Under the pieces are notes generated by a model. It worked only from the letters and a program-made list of their open reading frames with translations. It searched no databases and was not told the DNA's origin. Shown one piece after another: positions 8,755 to 16,912 of a stretch of 64,000 nucleotides of DNA. A program made the position numbers and the translations under genes. The stretch comes from Candidatus Spongiisociaceae bacterium. Lineage in GTDB: Bacteria > Actinomycetota > Acidimicrobiia > Spongiisociales > Spongiisociaceae. The stretch is taken from the NCBI GenBank assembly GCA_965262915.1, contig OZ253564.1, positions 3,040,001-3,104,000 on the forward strand, read 5' to 3'. How positions within the stretch are numbered: the first letter of the stretch is position 1; every line of letters begins with the position of its first letter.

Positions 8755-10437
8755 TCAGTGGCCGGCTCCGGTCGCCATCGGTACCGCGTTCCCGGTGGCT
8801 GCGCCGAGCGAGTCTCGGGCGTGGTAGGACGACCGCACCAGCGGCCCGGACTCGACGTGGGCCAACCCGACGCGCCGGCCGTAGTCGGCGTACTCGACGA
8901 ACTCGTCGGGGTGCACGTAGCGGTGGATCGGACGGTGCCGGACCGTCGGCCGGAGGTACTGCCCGATGGTCACGATGTCGACGCCCACCGCCCTGAGGTC
9001 GGCCAGTGCCCCGAGCACCTCCTCGCGGGTCTCCCCCATCCCGACTATCAGACCCGACTTGACCGTACCGGCCGGGTCGTACCACTTGGCCCTGGCCAGT
9101 AGCGCCAGGGACCGGCCGTAGTTGGCCGAGGTCCGTACCTCCCGCTGCAATCTCAGCACGGTCTCGGTGTTGTGGTTGAGCACCGCCGGTCCGGCCTCCA
9201 GCACCCTTTCCAGATCGGCCCTCACTCCCTTGAAGTCGGGGATCAACACCTCGACATCGCAGCCGGGAACCCGCTTTCTCGCCTCACGCACGGTCTGGGC
9301 AAAGATGGTGGAGCCACCGTCGTCCAAGTCATCCCGGTTGACGGAGGTGATCACCGCATGGCGAAGCCCCATCGCCGCCACCGCCTCCGCCACCCGGAAG
9401 GGTTCCTCCAGGTCCGGTCCCTGCGGGCGTCCGGTGTTCACATTGCAGAATCCGCAGGCCCGCGTACACGTGTCGCCGAGGATCATCATGGTGGCGGTTC
9501 CCTGCCCCCAGCATTCATAGATGTTGGGGCACCCCGCTTCCTCGCAGACGGTGTGGAGGTCGAGTTCCCTCATCAGCCTGCCCAAGCGGAGGTACTCGTC
9601 CCCGAAGCGAGCGGTGACCTTCATCCATGGCGCCCGAGGTGGCTCCCCGGTCAGCCGCCGCCCGATGGTGACCGGAACCTGCGAGCGTCCCTTGGGCGAG
9701 AAGCACCCGTCGGCGAGCAACCGGTCCACCTCATATTCGCGGGGACGGCCCTGTCCCCTGGTGAAGGCTCCGAGCTGTATCTCGTTGCGGGCGTAGCCGA
9801 ACACCTCCTGGAACCTCGGAACCAGCACCTCGACCGCCTCCTCGATGGAGACCGGACGGCCCAGCAACTCGACCAACGAGGTGACGGGCCGGTCGGTGAT
9901 CCCGCAGGGGTGCATGTAGGAGAAGTAGGCCATGTCGGGATCGACGTTGAGGGCGAACCCGTGCATGGTGACGTGGCGGGCCACCCGGACACCGAGGGCC
10001 GCCACCTTGCCACGGTTGGTCCACACGCCCGTGTTGCCGGCTTCGCGCCGGGCCGCGATCCCGAAGTCGGCGAGGGTCCGAATGAGGACCTCTTCGACGG
10101 CCCGCACGTAGGGAACGATCCTCTTGGTGTCGGCCAGAGCAACGATCGGGTATCCGACCAGCTGGCCCGGACCGTGGTAGGTGATGTCTCCTCCCCGGTC
10201 GATGTCGAAGCGCTCGGCTCCGACCTCGACCAGTCGCTCGGGGGTGATCAGCAGGTTGGCGCCGTTGCCGTTGCGACCCAGCGTGTAAACGTGGGGATGT
10301 TCCTGCAGCAGCAGGTAGTCGGAGGCGCTCCTTCCAGTGTGCCGCCCCTCCCAGAAGGCCCGCTGCAGGTCCCAGGACTCCTCGTACGTGAGGCGTCCCA
10401 GCCATCTCGTCCGCAGGAGAGCGTGGTCGGCCGCCAC
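8755..10437 (-). CDS. lipA: fused octanoyltransferase LipB + lipoyl synthase LipA
   Basis: N-terminal EHPHVYTLG, RGGDITYHGPGQ, HGFALN, PCG; C-terminal CEEAGCPNIYEC, CTRACGFC, RSSY in one frame; start approximate. Confidence 0.9.
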   Translation of the reverse strand: MAADHALLRTRWLGRLTYEESWDLQRAFWEGRHTGRSASDYLLLQEHPHVYTLGRNGNGANLLITPERLVEVGAERFDIDRGGDITYHGPGQLVGYPIVALADTKRIVPYVRAVEEVLIRTLADFGIAARREAGNTGVWTNRGKVAALGVRVARHVTMHGFALNVDPDMAYFSYMHPCGITDRPVTSLVELLGRPVSIEEAVEVLVPRFQEVFGYARNEIQLGAFTRGQGRPREYEVDRLLADGCFSPKGRSQVPVTIGRRLTGEPPRAPWMKVTARFGDEYLRLGRLMRELDLHTVCEEAGCPNIYECWGQGTATMMILGDTCTRACGFCNVNTGRPQGPDLEEPFRVAEAVAAMGLRHAVITSVNRDDLDDGGSTIFAQTVREARKRVPGCDVEVLIPDFKGVRADLERVLEAGPAVLNHNTETVLRLQREVRTSANYGRSLALLARAKWYDPAGTVKSGLIVGMGETREEVLGALADLRAVGVDIVTIGQYLRPTVRHRPIHRYVHPDEFVEYADYGRRVGLAHVESGPLVRSSYHARDSLGAATGNAVPMATGAGH

Positions 10438-10478
10438 CCGGAGAAACCTGTCGGGCTTCCCGGCCGGCCGGTCACCGT

Positions 10479-11903
10479 TCAGGTCAGATGCTGTTCCCAA
10501 TCCCAATTCTCCAGGTTGTCCTTTATCCGGCGCAGGAACAGCACCGCGGTGGAACCGTCGAAGGCCCGATGATCCCAGGAGAGTCCCAGGTAGCCGATGT
10601 GCCGGATGGCGATGGCGTCCTGGCCGTCGGCGGTGGTGACCACCTTGGGCCGTTTGGCCACGGTGTCGGTCGACAGTATCGCCACGTTCGGCACGTTGAT
10701 GACCGGGGCCGACATGAACGATCCGTAGGGTCCGGGGTTGGTGATCGTGAAGGTGCTTCCCGTAACGTCGTCGGGTCCCACCCGGCCGGTCCGGGCCCGA
10801 TCCGCCACGTCCCGGATCTTGCGGGCCAGCGCCCGCATGGTGTAGTCGTCGGCGCTCCTCACGGTGGCGACCATCAGGCCCGCCTGGTTGAGGTCGATGG
10901 CGATCCCCAGGTTGAGGTCGTGGTGGTACACGGCCTTCCGCCCGTCGATATCGAAGGAACTGTTGACGATCGGGAACTCCCGGAGCGCGTCGATGGTGGC
11001 CCGGGCGATGAACGGAAGGTAGGTCAGCGAGAATCCTTCCGCTTCTTTGAAAGCCTGGCGATGGGATTGCCGCACTCGTTCCACCCCCTCGTAGTCGACT
11101 TCCACCGAGGTCCACACGTGGGCCGCCGTCTGGAGCGACTTGACCATGTTGGTGGCGATCCTCATCCTCATACGGCTCAGGCGTACCTCCTCGTCCCGGC
11201 TCGTGACCGGTTCCGCGGGAGGGGGCTCCGGCCTCGGGGAAGGGGCGGGACCGGGTGCAGGGGCGGGCGGGGCCGCCTGTATCGGGGAGGGGGCGGGAGC
11301 CGGCTCGACTGCCGGCTCCGGGGCCGGTCGGGAGGCCATCCGGTCTATGTAGGCCAACACGTCGTTGCGGGTGACGCGGCCGTCACGCCCGGTGCCTTCG
11401 ATGTCGCTGGGGTCGATGTCGTGTTCCCGGGCCAACCTGCGCACCACCGGGGAGAGGAACTGGCCGGGCCCGGGCCGGCGCCGTCGCGGCCCGGTGACGG
11501 GCGCTGCCTCTTCGACCGGACGTGGCGGGGTCGGGGCGGCCGGCGCCATCGGGAGTGGAGTCGGCGGGACCGGCCCGGGGGGCGCCTCATCCGTCGGCTG
11601 GGCGGCTGCGGCTGCGGGCAAGGGTGCCGGTTCCAGGATGAGGGTTTCGGCTTCCCCCGCTTCGGATATGACCACCATCGCGGTTCCCACCTCGATGGTC
11701 TCGCCCTCGCCCACCAAGATGTCGCTGACCACGCCCGACACCGGCGAGGGGATCTCCGTGTCCACCTTGTCGGTGGATATCTCGACGAGCGCCTCGTCCT
11801 CGGCGATCGGATCGCCGACCTGCTTGATCCAACGGAGCACGGTCCCTTCGGTGACCGTCTCACCGAGTTGCGGCATCGAGACTGTGGTTGACATCGTTCG
11901 CAT
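10479..11903 (-). CDS. dihydrolipoamide acyltransferase E2 (DlaT/SucB-like)
   Basis: Lipoyl domain EISTDKV, E3-binding SPVVRRLA..GTGRDGRVT, Pro/Ala linkers, catalytic DHRAFDG. Confidence 0.93.
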   Translation of the reverse strand: MRTMSTTVSMPQLGETVTEGTVLRWIKQVGDPIAEDEALVEISTDKVDTEIPSPVSGVVSDILVGEGETIEVGTAMVVISEAGEAETLILEPAPLPAAAAAQPTDEAPPGPVPPTPLPMAPAAPTPPRPVEEAAPVTGPRRRRPGPGQFLSPVVRRLAREHDIDPSDIEGTGRDGRVTRNDVLAYIDRMASRPAPEPAVEPAPAPSPIQAAPPAPAPGPAPSPRPEPPPAEPVTSRDEEVRLSRMRMRIATNMVKSLQTAAHVWTSVEVDYEGVERVRQSHRQAFKEAEGFSLTYLPFIARATIDALREFPIVNSSFDIDGRKAVYHHDLNLGIAIDLNQAGLMVATVRSADDYTMRALARKIRDVADRARTGRVGPDDVTGSTFTITNPGPYGSFMSAPVINVPNVAILSTDTVAKRPKVVTTADGQDAIAIRHIGYLGLSWDHRAFDGSTAVLFLRRIKDNLENWDWEQHLT

Positions 11904-11933
11904 CTCCCGGGGTTTACAGCACGTTCGACATTG

Positions 11934-13307
11934 TCAGTGGAGGGGACGGTGGGCCGCGGACATCAAGGTCTCCCCGACCGCTTCGCTCAGAGTGGGGTGG
12001 GCATGGACGAATGCCGCCGCCTCCTCCGGCAGCGCCTCCCATCCCACCATGTACATTAGTTCGTGGATCAACTCCCCCGCATAGGGACCGACCACCGTGG
12101 CCCCGACGATAGGCCCGCCTACCTCGTTGAGGATCTTGACGAAGCCGCGGTTCCTTCCGATGATCCGGGCCCGGCCCACTCCCATGAAGCTGTGGTCATG
12201 CGCCTCCACCTCGATTCCCGCCGCGATGGCCTGTGCCTCGGTCAAGCCGACGGAGGCCACCTCCGGATGGGTGTAGACCACGCTGGGGAGGGCCCGGTAG
12301 TCGACGGGCGCCGTCCGGCCCGTGGCGATGAAGGTGACGGCCGCGATGGCCTCGGCGAACGCGCCGTGTGCCAGACCGGGCGTTCCGGCCACCACGTCGC
12401 CCACCGCGAAGATACCCGGCTCGGCGGTCTGCATGGTGTCCAGGTCGGCCAGCACGAAACCCCGGTCGGTCCCGACTCGAACGCTGTCGAGACCCAGGTC
12501 GTCCGTGAGCGGGCGCCGGCCCACCGCCACCAGCACCGTGTCCACCTCCACTGCATCGTCCCCCCCCACAGCGCCCAGGGTGATCCCTTGTCGCGACCGG
12601 CCGAGTTGCGCCCCGGCCCCGAGGACAAACTTCACTCCGCGCCGTCCGAGCTGTTTCTGGAGTTCGCGGGCGGCGCCGGGCTCGAACCCGGGGATTATCT
12701 GGTCTATCATCTCGAAGACCACCACCTCGCTGCCCACATCGGCCAGAAGGCTTGCGAACTCGCATCCGACGATGCCCCCTCCCACGATCCCGACCCGGCC
12801 GGGGCGCTCCGGCCAGTCGAGGGCGTGGTCCGAACTGACGATCCGCTCCCCGTCATAAGGGAATCCGGGCAACTCGATGGGTACCGAGCCGGGGGCGAGG
12901 ACCACATGGCGCCCCTCCAGCATACGAAACTCGCTCGGGCCTTCCACTTCGACCCGGCCGAGGCCCGAGAGGCGACCGTGCCCCTTGAACACTTCGACCT
13001 TGCGGTGGCGGAGCAGCCCGGAGAGGCCCCTCACCAGGCCGTTGACGATCCGGTTCTTTCGAGCTAGGGCAGTCGGCCAGACGAAGCTCGCCTCGCCGGT
13101 TATCACCCCGAACTCCCCCGCTGACCGGACCGTGGAGTACACCTCGGCCGCTTGGAGCCAGCTCTTGGCCGGTATGCACCCCCGTAGCAGGCAGGTTCCC
13201 CCGACCGCGTCATGTTCGACAAGTGCCACCGAGAGGTCGAAGTTGCGGGCGTAGAGGGCGGCGCCGTAGCCACCGGGACCCCCACCGACGATTACTAGGT
13301 CATACAC
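11934..13307 (-). CDS. lpdA: dihydrolipoamide dehydrogenase
   Basis: GGGPGG, GGTCLLRGCIP redox disulfide, HPTLSE. Confidence 0.94.
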   Translation of the reverse strand: MYDLVIVGGGPGGYGAALYARNFDLSVALVEHDAVGGTCLLRGCIPAKSWLQAAEVYSTVRSAGEFGVITGEASFVWPTALARKNRIVNGLVRGLSGLLRHRKVEVFKGHGRLSGLGRVEVEGPSEFRMLEGRHVVLAPGSVPIELPGFPYDGERIVSSDHALDWPERPGRVGIVGGGIVGCEFASLLADVGSEVVVFEMIDQIIPGFEPGAARELQKQLGRRGVKFVLGAGAQLGRSRQGITLGAVGGDDAVEVDTVLVAVGRRPLTDDLGLDSVRVGTDRGFVLADLDTMQTAEPGIFAVGDVVAGTPGLAHGAFAEAIAAVTFIATGRTAPVDYRALPSVVYTHPEVASVGLTEAQAIAAGIEVEAHDHSFMGVGRARIIGRNRGFVKILNEVGGPIVGATVVGPYAGELIHELMYMVGWEALPEEAAAFVHAHPTLSEAVGETLMSAAHRPLH

Positions 13308-13552
13308 CGGATGTCACGCCTCCATTTTTTCGGTTCCCCGGACGGCTCAGCCTAATCGTATCGGGTAAGGACGCCATCAGCGCGACCTGCTCCGACCCGA
13401 CCTGCCTGCCTCGATCCCGCCACAGGTGTCCGGTTGCGCGACCCGTGCCTGCCGGCTTCGAGAGCCGCCAGCGTCCCAGAGGTGCGCAGGCGCCGGTAGG
13501 CGAGGAAAGCGAGAACGCGAAACAATCGCAGGCCGCGAGCCGCCCGGAAGGC

Positions 13553-13665
13553 TTGAACTGTCACACCCGAGGACGCATATTGAAAGGGACACAAAGATCG
13601 CCGCGGCCCGGACCTCTCCGATCATCATCGAGTCTCCTTCCCCGGAGCGGCCGCTCCGGTAACGC
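13553..13665 (+). repeat. dispersed promoter-plus-leader element D, copy 2
   Basis: TTGAAC-N17-CATATT-GAAGGG and downstream similarity to 7430-7542 (minus strand). Confidence 0.65.
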
Positions 13666-13914
13666 CCCCAGGGAACGAGCAACCAGCCGACGGGTTGACC
13701 TTCGGACTCGGATAGCCGCGCGCTATCCGGACGATCACCGATGGACAGGCGGCGGCGGGTCGGGAGGGAACCCGGCGAGACGGGCGCCTCCGCTGTCCGG
13801 GCGGGCGACGTCACGGCAGGAGGGGTGGGCAAACCGTCGGGGTGGACGTTCGGCGCCTGGCCTCCAGGGGAGGCCAGGCCGAAGGCGCGACCGAGGCGCT
13901 ACCCTTTCGCCGAG

Positions 13915-14007
13915 ATGCCGACCCGCTACCTGATCTTCGGGGCCTTGGTGACCGCACTGGTGATCCTGGTGGGGGTAGGCCTGTGGTTCCTGCTGGGTGT
14001 GCTGTGA
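13915..14007 (+). CDS. 30-aa single-pass membrane peptide MPTRYLIFGALVTALVILVGVGLWFLLGVL
   Basis: Fully hydrophobic ORF, GC-rich third positions, TACCCT -10 hexamer 9 nt before ATG. Confidence 0.6.
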   Translation: MPTRYLIFGALVTALVILVGVGLWFLLGVL

Positions 14008-14059
14008 GCTTCCCCGCCCCAATGAGTATCTGCCTGGCGACGATCCGTCGAGGCTGGGA

Positions 14060-14278
14060 ATGCAGATAACCAAGACGATCCGTCTCACGGGTGAATCCGC
14101 CGAGTCCATCGAAGGCGCCATCGCCGCGGTTCCGCAGAGGGCGGCGACTTCACTCCGGGGTGTTCGCACCTACGAGGTGGTCCGGGTGGCCGGATATCTC
14201 GATGACGAGACCGCCTGGGCTCACGAGGTCACCTGCGACGTGACGTTCGGCGTGAAGGACGCCACGACTCACGGGTGA
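14060..14278 (+). CDS. dodecin family flavin-binding protein
   Basis: KTIRLTGESAESIEGAI...SLRGVR.YEV...VTFGV; 72 aa. Confidence 0.8.
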   Translation: MQITKTIRLTGESAESIEGAIAAVPQRAATSLRGVRTYEVVRVAGYLDDETAWAHEVTCDVTFGVKDATTHG

Positions 14279-15247
14279 CATCGGTAGCCATTCCCCTGGG
14301 TGACGGGATCCACCGGATCACGTTGGCGCTCCCCATGCTCCGGCCCGAGTCGGTCAACTGTTACGTGGTCGAGGGTGACGACGGTCTGACTCTCATCGAC
14401 TGGCGGAGCGAACGCCCGCGCGGAACTCGAGAGTCTGGTGGCGAGGCTAGGCGACATCTCGGGAGGCGCCGTCGCGCTCGATCGTCTGATATGCACCCAT
14501 CTCCACTTCGATCACATGGGCGGGGCGCACACACTGGTGTCCCGGCATCCGGTGGAGTTCGTCATGCACCGCTCCACCGCCGACCGGGTCGAGAATTACA
14601 ACGATCGGACCGCCGGCCGGTCTGATCTCCGCAAGCTGGCCCGGGCTCATGGGGCGCTCCCCTCCCAACTCGATCCGGTCGAGGCGGTATGGACACGTCG
14701 CTCGTATCGCGGGATCGCCATGCGGCCGAGCCACCCGGTGGTGGACGGTGAACGCATACGGGTCGGATCGGGTCGCTACCTGGAGGTGATAACCACCCCG
14801 GGCCACGACTACACCCATATCTGCCTGCGCGACAGCCGCAGCGGCTACCTGTTCAGCGGCGACCACGTCCTTCCCCGGATCACTCCTTTCATACCGTACG
14901 ACCCGGATCGGGACTCCCTGGCCGAGTACCTGGCTGGACTGGAACTCATCGAGGACCTCGACCCCGCGGTAACCCTTCCCGGCCATGGCGAGACCATCGA
15001 TCGGGGAAGAGCCAGTGCCCGCCAGATCGCTCTGCACCACGAGGGAAGGCTGGGCGCCCTCTCCCAGGTCGTCAAGGGCCAGCCGGCAACCGCCTGGGAA
15101 ATGACGACCGAGGTCTTCCGGCCCGATCCGGACCCCTTCGACAAGATGCTGGCCTTCCTCGAGACGATGTCGCATCTCGAGTACCTGGTCAACAGAGGGA
15201 GGTTGCGCCGATCCCTGGATGACGGCGTGTGGCGATACGTGCGCTGA
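14275..15247 (+). pseudogene. MBL-fold metallo-hydrolase, frameshifted near 14402
   Basis: VNCYVVE..LTLID in one frame; THLHFDHMGG, TPGH, SGDH, PGHG in another; removing one G restores LIDCGANAR. Confidence 0.8.
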
Positions 15248-15387
15248 CCGGGTGGCGGTGAGCCTGGTGGGGGCCGACGGTGTGCCTACCCGGCGGGTTC
15301 TCGCCGCCTAGGGATCAACCGTTCCGAACCGACCATACGGTGGGCGGATCTCTCGTCGCATCAGTGGTCAGGCCGTAACCGAACCGG

Positions 15388-15609
15388 TCATCGGCCACGG
15401 TTTACTTGCAAGGGTCTGAATCCCCGGTTGCGGGCTTCGGCCAGGGTGTCCGGACCGTATGTCTGGACCAGCTTCCGTCCCATCAGATCGTCGGATTCGA
15501 TGCGGTGTTCCAGCTGGGCGAACTGCGCGGGGTCGTCGCAATCATAGACGGTCATCGTGTCCCGGGCGCCGACGAACCGGTTGTGTTCGAAGCGTCTCAT
15601 TCGAGGCAT
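15388..15609 (-). CDS. small hypothetical protein
   Basis: GAGGGGAAGG RBS, 73-aa ORF RFEHNRFVG...PDTLAEARNRGF. Confidence 0.7.
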   Translation of the reverse strand: MPRMRRFEHNRFVGARDTMTVYDCDDPAQFAQLEHRIESDDLMGRKLVQTYGPDTLAEARNRGFRPLQVNRGR

Positions 15610-15690
15610 GGCGACCTTCCCCTCAGACAGTCTCGCGTTCGGTTGGCCCGGCTCCTGCTCCGGGCGAGCGAGGACCGGCGTTCCCGGTCC

Positions 15691-16020
15691 TCATCGAGAC
15701 CGACCCCCACGGCCCGTCCTGACCTCGGTACCGCACATCGGGCAGGGCGCCACCGCGATCTCCCCGACGATAAAACTGAAGCCGCAGTCCCGGTCGGGAC
15801 AGACCGTCCGGCGGGAAGGTCGCTCGGGTGGCGGTGGCGGTGGCGGTGGCGCCATGGATCCTGGCCCGCCGGGACCGGGGGCTCCGGGAGGTGTTGCCGC
15901 CCCCGGGGGAGGAGAACCGGACGCCCGGACCTCGTTGGTAACCCCACACGCCGGGCATGCGTAACGACCCGGCCTCATGACCTCGAACCCTGTCCCGCAT
16001 CGACCGCAACGTGCCCTCAT
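15691..16020 (-). CDS. double zinc-ribbon protein with proline-rich linker
   Basis: CGRC..CPAC, poly-Pro linker, CPDRDC..CPMC; ATGA overlap with upstream gene. Confidence 0.75.
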   Translation of the reverse strand: MRARCGRCGTGFEVMRPGRYACPACGVTNEVRASGSPPPGAATPPGAPGPGGPGSMAPPPPPPPPERPSRRTVCPDRDCGFSFIVGEIAVAPCPMCGTEVRTGRGGRSR

Positions 16021-16460
16021 ACCGGCTCCTGTTCCTTGACCCGTTCGCCCAGAGCGCCGATCCCGGCCAGGTATCCGGCCTCGCCGGCCAGAACCGCAGC
16101 TATGTCGGCTGTGGAGTACTCGTGGCCCTGCCTGGCCAACTGACCCCGAATGTACTCGATGGCGCTTCCTTCCCCTCCGGCCACCACCTGCAGTCCTTTG
16201 CGCAGACGGGCCGGGACGGCCAGACCCTGTAGGTAGTGCGTGGACCACTCGACGGTCCTGCGGACCCCCGCCGGACCGAGTCGCTCCAACACCTCAGGGT
16301 CGAGAGTCTCGACCGTGAAGTCCACCGCGTCGTTTATGACGTAGACGGCGGGTTCCACCGGCTGCCGACCGCGGGCCTCCACGACCGCCACCAGCGCCAC
16401 AGCGCCAATCAGCAGCACGAGGAGCAGGACGCCGATGACCACCGCGGTATTGGAAGGCAT
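16017..16460 (-). CDS. single-pass membrane hypothetical protein
   Basis: N-terminal TM helix; TAGGCT -10 just upstream of ATG. Confidence 0.75.
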   Translation of the reverse strand: MPSNTAVVIGVLLLVLLIGAVALVAVVEARGRQPVEPAVYVINDAVDFTVETLDPEVLERLGPAGVRRTVEWSTHYLQGLAVPARLRKGLQVVAGGEGSAIEYIRGQLARQGHEYSTADIAAVLAGEAGYLAGIGALGERVKEQEPV

Positions 16461-16541
16461 AGCCGGTAGCCTATCAGTGGCGAGTCGAATCGCTGCCGGT
16501 GGCAGGCGCAGCGCCGGCTCCCGGGCGGCGGGGCCGCCACG

Positions 16542-16770
16542 CTATCCGAACGGGAGCAGGATCCAGGACTTCCCGGCCGGCGACGAGGCGTCGACCCCCG
16601 TAGCCCATCTCGGACAGCGTGAACGGCGCTTCGCCTACCACGAGGGAGCGGTCGTTCGGAACCCCCCGGTAGTACCGGCCGTCCCGCTCCTCCGCTTGGC
16701 ATCGGTGCTCGACCAGGCCCGGTTCCCCGATGCCGCCGGGTCCGATGCTGAGCGCCACCGTCCCGGTAGG
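16542..16770 (-). pseudogene. relic C-terminus of a fourth beta-propeller paralog
   Basis: PTGTVALSIGPGGIGEPGLVEH...YYRGVPNDRSLVVGEAPFTLSEMG then frameshifted VDASSPAGKSWILLPFG*; matches C-termini of the three intact genes. Confidence 0.75.
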
Positions 16771-16912
16771 TTGCTGATCTCGACCGGGAGTCCGGCGGGC
16801 GCTCCCGGACCGGCCCCCAGCGACCGGCACCGCCATCACGACCCTGTCGATCACCCGTGGCGATGGTCATCCGCCTGCCCCGGTAGAGCTACCTCTGCGG
16901 GTTCGCGGCCCC

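Noticed and set aside
10438-11115. N-terminal extensions in the ORF track (lipB/A, fumC, class V enzyme, glycoside hydrolase, propellers, sufC)
   Set aside because: They overlap neighbouring genes or promoters; downstream starts have RBS, signal peptides or -10 boxes
13671-13697. GGAAC-N17-GTTG as another ECF promoter
   Set aside because: Single instance, spacing and -10 differ from the propeller motif; plausible by chance
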